DNA of 64,000 bases from the NCBI GenBank assembly GCA_963828255.1, contig CAWHDZ010000019.1, forward strand, positions 1 to 64,000, written 5' to 3'. Of this stretch, positions 10,489 through 21,235 are shown piece by piece. The DNA is from an uncultured delta proteobacterium (GTDB lineage Bacteria; Myxococcota; Myxococcia; Myxococcales; Anaeromyxobacteraceae). Made by a program: the position numbers and the translations under genes. Positions within the stretch are counted from its first letter, which is position 1. Each line of letters opens with the position of its first letter. Below the pieces are notes generated by a model, which was not told where the DNA came from, searched no databases, and saw only the letters and a list, made by a program, of their open reading frames with translations.

Positions 10489-10549
10489 GGGAGGACCTCC
10501 TCCGGAGAGGATATCCCGGTCGAGCGACGCTGCACGGAAACGCGCTGGA

Positions 10550-11314
10550 TCAGTTGCGGGCCAGCTGCCCGCCCGGCCGGTATCCGGACAGGTTCACGAC
10601 CAGGCTGCCCACCGCGAACTCGGCGCTCACCCGGACCGGGACCCGGTTCTCGTCGGCCGAGAACCAGATGAAGGTGTCCCGCTTCGCCTCGAAGTTCCCC
10701 TCGAAGGCCGTCCGGACCTGGACCTTCCAGGCGTCGAACACGCCGGCCTTGGTCTCGACCGTTTCGCGTCCCACGACCGAGGCCTGCAGCAGGAACGTCC
10801 CCTTGGTCGTGAAGACCGGGATCTCGAAGCGGCTGTCCTCGGCGAGCGGCTGGGTTCGCATCCAGAGCAGGGCGCTCGCGAAGTCCTGGGAGCGCGGGTC
10901 GAGCGGGTAGACCTTCTCCTCCCGGTTGCCCTTGCGGACGATGCGGATGGTCGCCTTGCCGAGCTCGCGGTCGAACCGGGCGCTGTCGTCGTGCCGGTCG
11001 CCGATCTCGATGGCGCGCAGGTCGGAGCCGCGGGGCAGGCGCGTGGACGAGTCCCAGTAGGAGACGAAGTGTTCCCGGATGTCCACGATGGAGGCGAGCC
11101 CGCCGGAACGCCCCTGGGCGATGATCGGCCAGACCGGCCCCTCGCTCTGTCCGACGACGATGCGGGCCTCCCCCATCTTGATCCCGAGGTAGTCGATGGT
11201 GAAGTCGATCTGCTCGCCGGGCTTGAAGCCGCCCTCGGCACGGGTGGCGGGGGCGGCGAGGAGCGCCAGTGCGGCGAGGGTGATCCGAGAGGCGTGGGCG
11301 AGGGAGGCGGGCAT
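10550..11314 (-). CDS. DUF3108 domain exported protein (paralog)
   Basis: ATG 11314 with signal peptide; GEQIDFTIDYLGI, QDFASALLWMR, ETVETKAGVFDAWKV, IWFSADENRVPVR. Confidence 0.75.
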   Translation of the reverse strand: MPASLAHASRITLAALALLAAPATRAEGGFKPGEQIDFTIDYLGIKMGEARIVVGQSEGPVWPIIAQGRSGGLASIVDIREHFVSYWDSSTRLPRGSDLRAIEIGDRHDDSARFDRELGKATIRIVRKGNREEKVYPLDPRSQDFASALLWMRTQPLAEDSRFEIPVFTTKGTFLLQASVVGRETVETKAGVFDAWKVQVRTAFEGNFEAKRDTFIWFSADENRVPVRVSAEFAVGSLVVNLSGYRPGGQLARN

Positions 11315-11331
11315 GGTCCAGAAGACAAAGG

Positions 11332-11347
11332 AGCAAGGAAGGGGCCA
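11332..11347 (-). promoter_or_regulatory. Putative sigma-54 promoter for the DUF3108 pair
   Basis: Minus strand reads TGGCCCCTTCCTTGCT: GG-N10-GC spacing of the -24/-12 consensus, ending 17 nt before ATG 11314. Confidence 0.45.
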
Positions 11348-11397
11348 GGGGGGGGTGGCCGGGTAAGTGGGGGAAATCCGGAGAGAAGAAGAGGCCT

Positions 11398-11439
11398 GGC
11401 GCCCCTGAAGGGGCGCCTGTGATGCGACATTCCTGTCGC
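11398..11439. promoter_or_regulatory. Two dyads: GGCGCCCCT-GA-AGGGGCGCC (11398-11417) and GCGACA-TTCC-TGTCGC (11424-11439); candidate activator sites
   Basis: Perfect inverted repeats in a divergent intergenic region; function is inference. Confidence 0.4.
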
Positions 11440-11470
11440 GGTGACGGAAGGGAATGGCTACGATCCCGCC

Positions 11471-11692
11471 ATGCCGTACGACCCGCATGGCATCGACGAG
11501 GACCCGCCGGACGCCGGCGACAAGAAGGGCAGGCGGAGGGTCTTCAAGGACTTCGACTGCCCGACCTGCAGCGCCAACAACCCCTACGACGACGGCTTCG
11601 GGGATGGGGACGAGATCCTCTGTTACTACTGCGGCGCCGAGTTCAAGGTGATGGTGAGCGAGGAAGGGCGGCTGCGGCTCAAGGAGGCGTGA
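11471..11692 (+). CDS. Small zinc-ribbon protein
   Basis: CPTC...CYYC pairs; ATG at 11471 is preceded by TACGAT. Confidence 0.7.
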   Translation: MPYDPHGIDEDPPDAGDKKGRRRVFKDFDCPTCSANNPYDDGFGDGDEILCYYCGAEFKVMVSEEGRLRLKEA

Positions 11693-11698
11693 GGCGAC

Positions 11699-12346
11699 TC
11701 ACCCCCGGCCGGAGCGTTCCCCGAAGATGGCCGTCCCGACGCGGACGATGGTCGAGCCCTCCTCGATCGCCACCGGGTAGTCGCCGCTCATTCCCATCGA
11801 GAGCTCCACGAGCCCGAGCCGGTCCCGCAGCGCACGCAGTTCCCGGAAGTGCGCCCTCGGGTCCTCCTGCGGGGGAGGGATGCAGGTGAGCCCGACCACG
11901 TCCACCGTCGGGAACCCGCGCAGCACCTCGACCAGCCCGGGGACGTCGGCGGCGGCGCAGCCCCCCTTCGACTCCTCGCCCCCCAGGTTCACCTCGACGA
12001 GCACGCGGGCGCGCGCGCCGGTCTTCTCCCAGCGCTTCGCGATCTCCCGCCCCAGCTCCTCGCGGTCAACGGTGTGGACCAGCGCCACCCGGCCGGCCAG
12101 GTACTTCACCTTGTTGGTCTGAAGCGACCCGATGAAGTGCCAGGCCAGCCCTGGCAGGTCGGCGAGCGCCTCGGCCTTCTCCCGCCACTCCTGGACGTAG
12201 TTCTCGCCGAAGTCCCGCTGTCCCGCTGCGTAGGCCTCGCGGATGGCCTCGGCCGGCTGCGTCTTCGACACCGCGACCAGCGTCACCCCTGGTGGAACCG
12301 ATCGCCGGACCGTCTCGATCCGCGACGCGATCCCGGACGCGCTCAC
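11699..12346 (-). CDS. yggS: PLP homeostasis protein YggS
   Basis: [47 protein letters not shown]. Confidence 0.95.
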   Translation of the reverse strand: MSASGIASRIETVRRSVPPGVTLVAVSKTQPAEAIREAYAAGQRDFGENYVQEWREKAEALADLPGLAWHFIGSLQTNKVKYLAGRVALVHTVDREELGREIAKRWEKTGARARVLVEVNLGGEESKGGCAAADVPGLVEVLRGFPTVDVVGLTCIPPPQEDPRAHFRELRALRDRLGLVELSMGMSGDYPVAIEEGSTIVRVGTAIFGERSGRG

Positions 12347-12936
12347 CGGCCATCCCAGGGGAAGACGAGGCCGAGACGGCCGAGCAGCGCGAGCGTCTCG
12401 GAGAGCGGGAGCCCGACCACGTTGGAGACGCTTCCGGCGACGCCCCGGACCAGCGACCCACCGGTGCCCTGCAGGGCGTAGCCGCCCGCCTTGTCGAGCG
12501 GCTCGCCGGTGGCGACGTACCAGGCGATGCGCTCGTCGGACAGGGTGATGAACCGGACCGCCGTGGAGACGGCGATGGTCTCCGAACGGGGCTCGGCGCC
12601 CGGTCCGGGAGCGGTCCGGGCGTGCACCCCGGTGACCACGACGTGGGTGCTGCCGGAGAGGGACCGGAGCATCCGCCGGGCGTCGGCCTCGTCCGCCGGC
12701 TTGCCCAGGATCTCGGTCCCCAGGACGACGGCGGTGTCGGCGGCCAGGATCAGTTCCCCCTCCGAACAGGGCACGGCCTCGGCCTTTTCCCGCGCCAGCC
12801 GGCGGACGTAGGGCTCGGCCCGCTCCCCCGGCCGGGCCGACTCGTCAGTGGTCGAGGGGCGCACCTCCACCGACACGCCGACGGAGGCGAGGAGCTCGCG
12901 GCGACGGGGACTCTGGGAGGCGAGGACGACGCGCAT
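12343..12936 (-). CDS. maf: Maf-family nucleoside triphosphate pyrophosphatase
   Basis: [44 protein letters not shown]. Confidence 0.93.
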   Translation of the reverse strand: MRVVLASQSPRRRELLASVGVSVEVRPSTTDESARPGERAEPYVRRLAREKAEAVPCSEGELILAADTAVVLGTEILGKPADEADARRMLRSLSGSTHVVVTGVHARTAPGPGAEPRSETIAVSTAVRFITLSDERIAWYVATGEPLDKAGGYALQGTGGSLVRGVAGSVSNVVGLPLSETLALLGRLGLVFPWDGR

Positions 12937-12976
12937 TGACGAACGACCCGCCGTATTGCTACCACGATCCTCGACC

Positions 12977-14023
12977 ATGGAGCCCCGCGACCTGCTGGCC
13001 GAGCTGGAGCGGAAGGTGCAACAGCTCCAGGCGTTCAACGACATCGGCCGCACCCTGGCCGGAACCCTCGACATCCACGAGGTGCTCGCGCTCATCATGC
13101 AGAAGGTGAGCGAGGTGCTGCGCCCCGGCCACTGGTCGCTCCTCCTCGTGGACGAGCAGAAGCACGACCTGGTCTTCGAGATCGCGGTGGGGGAGGGGGC
13201 CGAGCGGCTCAAGGCCATGCGCCTCCCGCTCGGGGAGGGGGTGGCGGGGAGCGTGGCCGCCACCGCCGAGCCGCTGCTCGTCCCCGACGTCCGCGCCGAC
13301 CCCCGCTTCGCCGCCCGGTTCGACGACGCCTCGGGGATCGTGACCGGCAGCCTGCTCGCCGTTCCCCTGCGCTCGAAGGGGAGGGTGCTCGGCGTGGTGG
13401 AACTCGTGAACCCCCGCGGAGGCCACCCCTTCGACACGGCCGACCAGAGGACCCTGGAGGCGCTGGCCGACTACGCCGCCATCGCCATCGACAACGCCCG
13501 GGCCTACGAGCGCATCCAGGAGCTCACGCTCCGCGACGAGCACACCGGCCTCTTCAACTCCCGCCACCTCTGGCGGCAGCTCGAGCTGGAGGTGGAGCGA
13601 ACCGCCCGCACGGGCCGCCCCTTCTCGCTGGTCTTCGTCGACCTCGACCACTTCAAGCAGGTGAACGACCGGTTCGGCCACCAGGCCGGGAGCGCCGTGC
13701 TGCTCGAGGTCGGTGCGCTCATCCGCTCGTGCATCCGCACCATCGACGTGCCGGTGCGCTACGGCGGTGACGAGTTCGTGGTGCTCCTGCCCGAGACCGA
13801 CCGGGCCCGCGCCAGGGAGGCGGCCGAGCGGATCCGGTCGGCCATGGAGGGGGCGCTCTTCCTGGGCTCCGGCGGCCCCGGTCTCCAGGTCACGGCGAGC
13901 TTCGGGCTCGCCACCTGCCCGGACGACGGTGACACGGCGGAGAAGGTGGTCCACGCGGCCGACGCAGCCATGTACCGCGTCAAGGAGTCGACGCGGAACG
14001 GGGTGGCCTCGGCCGGAGGGTGA
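12977..14023 (+). CDS. GAF-GGDEF diguanylate cyclase
   Basis: GAF domain followed by [33 protein letters not shown] (RxxD I-site) upstream of GGDEF. Confidence 0.92.
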   Translation: MEPRDLLAELERKVQQLQAFNDIGRTLAGTLDIHEVLALIMQKVSEVLRPGHWSLLLVDEQKHDLVFEIAVGEGAERLKAMRLPLGEGVAGSVAATAEPLLVPDVRADPRFAARFDDASGIVTGSLLAVPLRSKGRVLGVVELVNPRGGHPFDTADQRTLEALADYAAIAIDNARAYERIQELTLRDEHTGLFNSRHLWRQLELEVERTARTGRPFSLVFVDLDHFKQVNDRFGHQAGSAVLLEVGALIRSCIRTIDVPVRYGGDEFVVLLPETDRARAREAAERIRSAMEGALFLGSGGPGLQVTASFGLATCPDDGDTAEKVVHAADAAMYRVKESTRNGVASAGG

Positions 14024-14035
14024 GCCGGTCCGGCG

Positions 14036-15610
14036 CTACCGGTCCTGCACGGCCACGGTGCCACGCAGGACGGCGTCGTTCACCTGGACCTTGGCGCCGT
14101 CGCGCAGCGTCTTCAGCCAGGCGGTCTCGACCTCGCTCTGGCGCCGGGAGCCGAGCCGCGCGGCCACGTCCTCGCGCTGCTGGGCGTAGAGGGCGGGGTC
14201 GGGGCGCTGGCGCTCCTTCACCTGGGCCACCACCGGTCCGGTCGGCGTGGCGTACACGGAGGGGAGGACCTGCCCGGCGGTGGTTGCGGCGGCCGCGGCG
14301 GCGTAGAGGCCAGGGGCCTCGCCCAGGCCGGGCGCGTTGCCCCCGGCCGGGTTGAAGAGCCCGGTGTCGCGGGCCACCACGGGCTCGCCGCCCAGCATCG
14401 GGCCGACCTTCTTGGCGTCCGGCTGGGCGATCGGGAAGAGCACCTCGAGCTTCTTGCCGGCCTTCACCTGGGCCAGCGCCTCGCGGGCCCGGCGGTCGAC
14501 GATCTTCTCGGCGCCCTGGATCTCCAGGATCTCCCGGGCCAGGGCCTTCTCGACCTCCTTCAGCGGGACGACGCGCCCCTCCTCGACCGCCTCGACCTGG
14601 ATCACGTGCCAGCCGAAGCGGGTGCGGACCGGGCCGGAGACCTCGCCCGGCTTGAGCGCGAACGCCGCGTCCTCGAAGGGCTTGGCCATGAGGCCGGGGC
14701 CGAAGAAGCCCAGGTCTCCCCCCTTCTCGCGGGAGGCGGTGTCGTCGGAGACCTCCTTCGCCACCTGGGCGAAGGGCTCCTTCTTGACCCGCTCGGCGTA
14801 CCCCTCGACCTTCTTCTTGGCCGCATCGTCCTGCGCGGCGGGAGCGCCCTCGGGGACGCGGACCAGGATGTGGCGCGCCTTGACCTTCTTCTTCACGTCG
14901 TAGCGGGCCGCGTTGGTCTCGTAGGCCTTCTTCACGCGCGCGGCGTCGGCCGAGAGCAGCGCCGCCACCTCGGCGTCGGTGACCTTGACCTCCTTGCGCG
15001 CCCCGGCGACCGGGAAGCGGACGTAGGCGAGGTTCACCCGGTCGGCGTCGGTCATCCAGGCCGCACGGATCTCCTCCTCCGACACCAGCGCGTTCTCGCG
15101 GATGAGCGCGGTCATCTTCTGGAAGAGCAGGTCCTCCACCATCCGCTCCTCGAAGCGCGACTCGGACCCATAGGCCTGGCGGACCGCCCGCCGGTAGAGC
15201 TCGATGTCGAACTTCCCGTCGGTCTGGAAGCTGGGGATGGCCCAGACGGCGCGGTTGATCTCGTCGGGGGTCACGCGGAGGCCGCGTCGCTTGGCCTCCT
15301 GGACCACCAGCACCCGATCGACGAGCTGGTTCATCGCCACGTTTCGCAGGCCGAGCTGGTCGGCGAGCTCGCGGGTGAAGGTCTGCCCCATCCGGGCCTG
15401 GTAGGTCCGGAAGAGGTTGCCGTAGGCCTCCTCGTAGTCGGCGGGGGCGACCACGTAGCCGTCGATCTCGACCGCCGAGTGGGCCGAGAGACCATCGACC
15501 TGGCAGCCCTGGGAGCCGGGGCCGAAGCTGACGACGAACACGACGATGATGATGCCGAAGAGCACGTAGGTGAGGACGCTGCGGCTCTTCGAGCGAAGGA
15601 TGTCCAGCAT
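14036..15610 (-). CDS. ppiD: SurA N-terminal / parvulin peptidyl-prolyl isomerase (PpiD-like)
   Basis: N-terminal TM anchor, SurA_N-like region, rotamase motifs KARHILV, KGGDLGFF, FEDAAFAL, TRFGWHVI. Confidence 0.85.
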   Translation of the reverse strand: MLDILRSKSRSVLTYVLFGIIIVVFVVSFGPGSQGCQVDGLSAHSAVEIDGYVVAPADYEEAYGNLFRTYQARMGQTFTRELADQLGLRNVAMNQLVDRVLVVQEAKRRGLRVTPDEINRAVWAIPSFQTDGKFDIELYRRAVRQAYGSESRFEERMVEDLLFQKMTALIRENALVSEEEIRAAWMTDADRVNLAYVRFPVAGARKEVKVTDAEVAALLSADAARVKKAYETNAARYDVKKKVKARHILVRVPEGAPAAQDDAAKKKVEGYAERVKKEPFAQVAKEVSDDTASREKGGDLGFFGPGLMAKPFEDAAFALKPGEVSGPVRTRFGWHVIQVEAVEEGRVVPLKEVEKALAREILEIQGAEKIVDRRAREALAQVKAGKKLEVLFPIAQPDAKKVGPMLGGEPVVARDTGLFNPAGGNAPGLGEAPGLYAAAAAATTAGQVLPSVYATPTGPVVAQVKERQRPDPALYAQQREDVAARLGSRRQSEVETAWLKTLRDGAKVQVNDAVLRGTVAVQDR

Positions 15611-15749
15611 GAGGTAGAACGCTCCCGCGGGGTGGGCTTTGCGTCGGCGGCAGGCAGCCGCGACGGGGTTGAACAAGTAGGTCGAGAAGCGCTAAAATGC
15701 AAGGGTTTTAAAGGAATGGGCGGGAGGCGGGCGGGAGGCCGGAGTCGCT

Positions 15750-16616
15750 TTGTTCGCACTGCTGAAACGGTACCGGGAAGTGGTCGTCGTGGTGGTCGTC
15801 GCCGTGATCCCGCTGGGCATCTTCCTCGCCCACGCCAGACACCCCGGCGACCGGACCGCGCTCGACAGGTTCGTCCTCACGGTCACGAGCCCCATCGAGA
15901 GGAGCGTGGACTGGGCCATCACCGGGGCCATGAAGACCTGGCAGGGCTACGTCTGGCTGCGCGGGACCGAGCGCCGGGCCCGGGAGCTTTCACGCGAAGT
16001 GAACGAGCTGCGGGCCGAGAACGCCGCGCTGGTCCAGCTTCGGGCCGAGAACGAGCGGCTCTCGCGGCTGCTGGCCTTCGCGCGCTCCCGCCCGGAGCAC
16101 CGGGCCGTGGGGGCGCGGGTCATCGGCACCCGCATGGACCCCAAGGGACTCCAGCTCGTCACCATCGACCGCGGCTCCGACGACGGGGTGCGCCGGATGA
16201 TGCCGGTGGTCACGACCGGCGGCGTGCTGGGGCGCATCCACACGCTGGGCGCGCGCAGCGCCGACGTCCTCGTCCTCTCCGATCGCAACAGCTCCATCGC
16301 GGCCCGCGTGGAGCGCTCCCGGGCCCGCGCCAACGTCCGTGGGCTGGGAGCGCCCGGCCCCTGCAGGCTCGAGTACGCGCTCCGCTCCGACGACCTCATC
16401 GAGGGGGACGAGCTCGTCACCTCGGGGACGGACGGGGTCTTCCCGCACGGGCTGCCGGTGGGGCAGGTCACCCGGGTGAAGCGGGGCGGCCACGGCCTCT
16501 ACCAGGCGGCCGAGGTGCTCCCCGCGGTGGACGTGAACCGGGTCGAGGAGGTGGCGGTGCTGGTCGCCATCGATGCGCCGGACGCGGCGCCTGCGGCCAA
16601 GGCCCCCGAGCCATGA
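15750..16616 (+). CDS. mreC: Rod shape-determining protein MreC
   Basis: TM helix, coiled coil (LRAENERL), IDRGSDDGV, GDELVTSGTDGVFPHGLPVG. Confidence 0.92.
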   Translation: MFALLKRYREVVVVVVVAVIPLGIFLAHARHPGDRTALDRFVLTVTSPIERSVDWAITGAMKTWQGYVWLRGTERRARELSREVNELRAENAALVQLRAENERLSRLLAFARSRPEHRAVGARVIGTRMDPKGLQLVTIDRGSDDGVRRMMPVVTTGGVLGRIHTLGARSADVLVLSDRNSSIAARVERSRARANVRGLGAPGPCRLEYALRSDDLIEGDELVTSGTDGVFPHGLPVGQVTRVKRGGHGLYQAAEVLPAVDVNRVEEVAVLVAIDAPDAAPAAKAPEP

Positions 16617-17134
16617 ACGCCTCCCTGCGCGTGCCGCTGGCCTCGGTCGCGGCCCTCCTCCTCGTGGCCATCGGGGCCTCGGCCACCCGGCAGCTCTCCG
16701 GCGGAGCGGTCTCGGTCGCGCTGGCCGTGCCGGTCGTGGTCTGGCTGGGGCTCGAGACCACCGTCATCGAGGGAGCCGTCGGCGCCGTGCTGGTCGGCGT
16801 CATCCTCGATGCCTCCGCCGGCGGTCCGGGAGGCCTGCTCGCCTTCCTGTCGGTCCTGGTCTTCGTCGGGGTCCGTGCCGGGGCCGGGACCTTCGACGCC
16901 CGCACCCCGCTCGGCTTCGGGCTGCTCTCCGGGGTCGCCACCCTGGGCATGGGGCTCGGCGCCCTGCTGCTCCTGCGCTACGTGTCCCCGGAGGCGACCG
17001 CGCCGGGATGGAACCTCCTCGGCCGCGTGACGGTCGAGGCGCTGCTCACCGGGCTCGCCGCGCCGGCCGTGAAGTGGGTGCTCGACCGCGTGCTCTCCCC
17101 GGGTCACCGGGAGCAGCCCGGGTTGCTCCGGTGA
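16613..17134 (+). CDS. mreD: Rod shape-determining membrane protein MreD (putative)
   Basis: 173-aa polytopic hydrophobic protein between mreC and mrdA, overlapping the mreC stop. Confidence 0.72.
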   Translation: MNASLRVPLASVAALLLVAIGASATRQLSGGAVSVALAVPVVVWLGLETTVIEGAVGAVLVGVILDASAGGPGGLLAFLSVLVFVGVRAGAGTFDARTPLGFGLLSGVATLGMGLGALLLLRYVSPEATAPGWNLLGRVTVEALLTGLAAPAVKWVLDRVLSPGHREQPGLLR

Positions 17135-17144
17135 GTGGGCGGCG

Positions 17145-19171
17145 ATGGCCCTGACGTCCTCCACCCCGCGCGGCGACGGCGCCACCCGCCTCCTCTGGAT
17201 GGCAGGGTTCGCCGCACTGGCATTCCTCGTCCTGCTCTCGCGCCTCTACCAGCTGCAGGTGCTCCGCGGCGAGGAGTACCGGGTCAAGGCCGAGGAGAAC
17301 TTCGTGAAGGAGCTGCGGGTCCCGGCCGACCGCGGCCTGGTCCTCGATCGCAACCGCAGGGTCCTGGTGGACTCGCGCCCCAGCTACGACGTGGTGCTCA
17401 TCCCCTACTTCTGCGGGAAGGGCTGCGACGAGGTGGTCACCCGGCTGGCCACGCTGCTCTCCTTCTCCTTCGACGAGGAGGAGCGGGTTCGCGAGCACCT
17501 GCGCACCGCCCGCGGCCTGGTGCGCTTCCGCCCCTTCACCGTCAAGGTGGACATCTCGCGCGACGAGCTCGACGTGGTCGAGGCCAACCGCATCGAGCTC
17601 TCCGGCGCCGTGGACGTCCTGCCCACCCCGCACCGCAGCTACCGCCACGGCATCTGGGCCAGCCACCTCCTCGGCTACATGAACGAGGTGGGCGCCGAGG
17701 AGCTCGTCCGGCTCAACGCCGAGATCGAGAAGGCGGGCGAGGACGTCCAGCCCTACCAGGCGCGCGACTTCGTGGGGCGGCGCGGGCTCGAGAAGCGCTA
17801 CGAGAAGGACCTGCGCGGCGTGGACGGGATCCAGCGGGTGGTGGTGGACGCGCGCGGGAACGCCAAGCGGGAGAGCGACCTCATCCCCGAGTCGCAGCGC
17901 TTCGAGCCCTCCGTCCCGGGGAACAACCTGGTCCTCTCCATCGACTGGCGGCTCCAGGAGTTCGCCGAGAAGACCTTCCCGGCCACCGCCGGGGCGGTGC
18001 TGGCGCTCGACGCCCGCACCGGATTCCTGCTCGCCCTGGTGGACCGGCCGGCCGTGGATCCCAACAAGATGGCCGGGCGCATCAGCCGCGCCGAGCTGGC
18101 CGAGATCCGGGCCGACCCGCTCCAGCCCGAGCTCTTCCGCGCCATCCAGCAGCACTACCACCCGGGCAGCACGTTCAAGGTGGTCACCGCCATCGCCGCG
18201 CTGGAGGAGGGGGCGCTGCGCCCCGGCGGCACGGTCTACTGCCCGGGCCGTTACACCCTGGGTGGACACACCTGGCGGTGCGACAAGGAGAGCGGCCACG
18301 GTCAGGTGGACCTGGAGCACGCGCTGGGGGCCAGCTGCGACGTCTTCTTCTACGCGCTGAGCGACCGCATGGGCACCGACAAGATCGCCCGCTGGGGCGC
18401 GCTGCTCGGCCTGGGGAAGCCCACCGGCCTGGATCTACAAGGCGAGATCCCGGGCGTCATGCCCGACGAGGCCTGGCACGACGCGCACCAGCCCGGCGGG
18501 CACCAGCACGGCATGTCGCTCAACATCTCCATCGGGCAGGGGGACGTCAACGTGACGCCGCTGCAGCAGCTGGTGCTCTACGGGGCGCTGGCCACCGGCA
18601 AGATCTGGCGCCCCCAGGCGGTCCTGCGCATCGAGGACCCCAGGGGCGACGTGCTGAAGGAGTTCCCGCCCGACGTCCGGGGTACGCTCCCGGTGAAGCC
18701 GGAGACCCGGGACGCCGTGATGAAGGGGCTGCTCGCCGCGGTGAACCAGCCCTTCGGGACCGCCTACGGGATGCGCATGAAGGACGTGGTCATGGCCGGC
18801 AAGACCGGCACCGCACAGGTGGTGAAGCTGGGCGCCAAGCGGCTCAAGGCCTCCCAGATCGCCTACTTCCACCGCGACCACGCCTGGTTCGCCGCCTTCG
18901 CGCCGGCCGAGGACCCGGAGATCGTGGTGGTGGTCCTGAACGAGCACTCCGGCTTCGGCTCCTCCAACGCCGCGCCCACCGCCGCCGCGGTGGTGCGCAA
19001 GTGGCTCGAGCTGAAGGAGGAGGACGCCCGGGCGCGGGAGGGCGTGCAGCGCCCCGCCGTCTCCCCCCCTCGGCTCCGCCCCCTCCCGCCCCGCCTCCCT
19101 CTCCGCCCAGGGCGCAGAAGCCGGCGCGCGCCGGGGCCGCCCTCACCGACGGGGGGCGCCGTGGCGCTTGA
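17145..19171 (+). CDS. mrdA: Penicillin-binding protein 2; true stop probably 19169-19171 after a 1-nt deletion in the C7 run 19063-19069
   Basis: PGSTFK (SxxK), SCD, GKTGTAQ motifs. One added C gives a Pro-rich tail ending GGRRGA* that overlaps the rodA start. Confidence 0.9.
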
Positions 19172-20297
19172 TCTCTCCGGGCTGGCCAGCCTGGGCGCGC
19201 CGCGCCAGCGCTCCATCGCCCGCTTCCCCTGGCACGTGGCCCTCCTGGCGCTCTCCATCTGCGCGGTGGGGGTATGGAACCTGGCCTCGGCCTCCCGCAG
19301 CTCGCACGTGGACATCTGGATCACCCAGGCCACCTGGATGGCGGTGGGGCTCTTCCTGGCGCTCATCGTGGTGCTGGTGGACCACCGGCTCTTCCGGCGG
19401 GGGGCCTGGATCTTCTACGGGGTGGTGGTGGTGCTGCTCCTCGTGGTGCTCTGGAAGGGCCGGGTGATCATGGGCGCCCGGCGCTGGATCAGCCTCGGCC
19501 CGGTGGGCTTCCAGCCCTCCGAGCTGGCCAAGATCGCCGTCATCCTGGTGCTGGCGCGCTGGTTCTCCACCGACCGGGAGAGCGATCCCCGGCGCGGCCC
19601 CCGCGGGCTCGCCGGCATCGCCATCCCGGCGGTGCTGGTGCTCGTCCCGGCCCTGCTCGTGCAGAGGCAGCCCGACCTGGGAACGGCCCTCATCACCGTG
19701 GCCGTCGGCGCCACAATGATCCTCTTCGCCGGGGTGCGCTGGAAGACGCTCTTGGTCCTGGGCACGGCGGTGATCCTGGCGGCCGCGGCGGCCTGGCCGC
19801 ACCTCAAGCCCTACCAGCGCAAGCGGGTGGAGACCTTCCTGAACCCGGAGGGGGACGTGCTGGGCGCCGGGTACCACGCCAGCCAGTCGATGATCGCCGT
19901 GGGATCGGGGCAGGGGTTCGGGAAGGGCTGGGGGCAAGGAACGCAGACCCTGCTCTCCTTCCTCCCCGAGCAGCACACCGACTTCATCTTCTCGGTCTGG
20001 GCCGAGGAGCACGGCTTCGCCGGGGCGCTGGTGCTCCTCACGCTCTACTTCGCGCTGGTGGGCTCCGGCGTCACCATCGCCATGAACGCGCGCGACCGCT
20101 TCGGGCAGTTCGTGGCGGTCGGGGCCACGGCGCTGGTGTTCTGGCACGCGTTCGTCAACCTGGGAATGGTGACGGGCGTGCTGCCTGTGGTGGGCGTGAC
20201 GCTCCCCCTCATGAGCTACGGGGGAACGTCGGTGCTCGTGGTCTTCGCCGCGCTGGCGCTGCTCGCCAGCGTGGGGACGAAGAGGTTTGCAAACTAG
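19161..20297 (+). CDS. rodA: SEDS peptidoglycan glycosyltransferase RodA
   Basis: GTG 19161; GARRWI, FQPSELAK, QPDLGT, LPEQHTDFIFSVWAEEHG, LPLMSYGGTS. Confidence 0.93.
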   Translation: MALDLSGLASLGAPRQRSIARFPWHVALLALSICAVGVWNLASASRSSHVDIWITQATWMAVGLFLALIVVLVDHRLFRRGAWIFYGVVVVLLLVVLWKGRVIMGARRWISLGPVGFQPSELAKIAVILVLARWFSTDRESDPRRGPRGLAGIAIPAVLVLVPALLVQRQPDLGTALITVAVGATMILFAGVRWKTLLVLGTAVILAAAAAWPHLKPYQRKRVETFLNPEGDVLGAGYHASQSMIAVGSGQGFGKGWGQGTQTLLSFLPEQHTDFIFSVWAEEHGFAGALVLLTLYFALVGSGVTIAMNARDRFGQFVAVGATALVFWHAFVNLGMVTGVLPVVGVTLPLMSYGGTSVLVVFAALALLASVGTKRFAN

Positions 20298-20623
20298 CTC
20301 GCCGCTTTCCGCACGCTCTCCAGCAGCCGCGTCCTGTCGGACCCGATCACGGTGTCGATCACCTTCCCGCCCTTGAACACGAGCAGGGTCGGGATCGACC
20401 GGACGTTGAACTTCTGGGCCACGGCCTGGTGCTTGTCGATGTCCATCTTGCCGACCTTCACCTTGCCCTTGTAGTCGACGGCGATCTGCTCGACCACCGG
20501 CGCGATGGCCTTGCAGGGCCCGCACCAGGTGGCCCAGAAGTCCACCAGGACCGGAATTTCACTCTTCAGCACCTCGTTGTCGAAGGTGCCGTCCTCGAGG
20601 GTCACGACGTCGCTGGTTGCCAT
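20294..20623 (-). CDS. trxA: Thioredoxin
   Basis: DFWATWCGPCK, VRSIPTL; 109 aa from ATG 20623. Confidence 0.95.
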   Translation of the reverse strand: MATSDVVTLEDGTFDNEVLKSEIPVLVDFWATWCGPCKAIAPVVEQIAVDYKGKVKVGKMDIDKHQAVAQKFNVRSIPTLLVFKGGKVIDTVIGSDRTRLLESVRKAAS

Positions 20624-20707
20624 GCCGGCTGTCCTAATCCTTCGGCCGATCCCTGGCAAGCGGCACGGATGGCGTGCTAGGTTGCTGCCTCGACGCAAGC
20701 TCCCGGA

Positions 20708-21187
20708 ATGACCCACGATCTCTCCACGACAGGCGGCCTTCTCTTCGTCTCCCAGGCGCTGCTCGCCGCATGGGCGGGGCAGGGGCGGATCGACCTCGAC
20801 GGCCGCTCCATCGCCCTCCTGGGCGGTCAGGCACGGGGGCGCCGCTACGCGCTCGTGCCGGCGGTCCGCTTCCTGCGCGTGGCGGGCGGTGGCGAGGACG
20901 CGCACGGGCTCGTCGCCCGGGTGAAGTCCCTCGACCAGGTCCGGGAGATCGGGGGCGAGGCCATGGCCGACTCGGTGGTGATGGGCGAGGTCGCCTACGA
21001 GGTGGAGCCCGGGTTCCTCGCCGAGGCGTCGGCCGTCGAGGCGGCCGCCCGCACCGCGCCGGCAGGGCCGGCCACGTCGACCTCCGCACCCTCCGCAGGC
21101 GGGTCGCCGGAAGAGCCGCGCGACCTCGACGATCGCCGCCGCGAGGCGGAAGCGCTGGCCCGGTTCCTCCTTGACAATCTTTCCTGA
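20708..21187 (+). CDS. Hypothetical protein
   Basis: GC3-biased ORF co-oriented with the downstream hem cluster; ends [10 protein letters not shown]. Confidence 0.65.
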   Translation: MTHDLSTTGGLLFVSQALLAAWAGQGRIDLDGRSIALLGGQARGRRYALVPAVRFLRVAGGGEDAHGLVARVKSLDQVREIGGEAMADSVVMGEVAYEVEPGFLAEASAVEAAARTAPAGPATSTSAPSAGGSPEEPRDLDDRRREAEALARFLLDNLS

Positions 21188-21235
21188 CGGCCCCATCACG
21201 GTCCGTCGAATCCGCAGTCGCGATCGAGACAATCG

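Noticed and set aside
11341..11373. G-quadruplex-like G runs
   Set aside because: Expected by chance at this GC content; no supporting evidence.
17145..20297. Apparent 1050-aa PBP2-RodA fusion in the ORF track
   Set aside because: One extra C in the C7 run (19063-19069) gives PBP2 a natural Pro-rich tail and a stop overlapping a GTG start for rodA. The fusion is also topologically implausible (periplasmic PBP2 C-terminus joined to cytoplasmic RodA N-terminus). Most likely a sequencing deletion.
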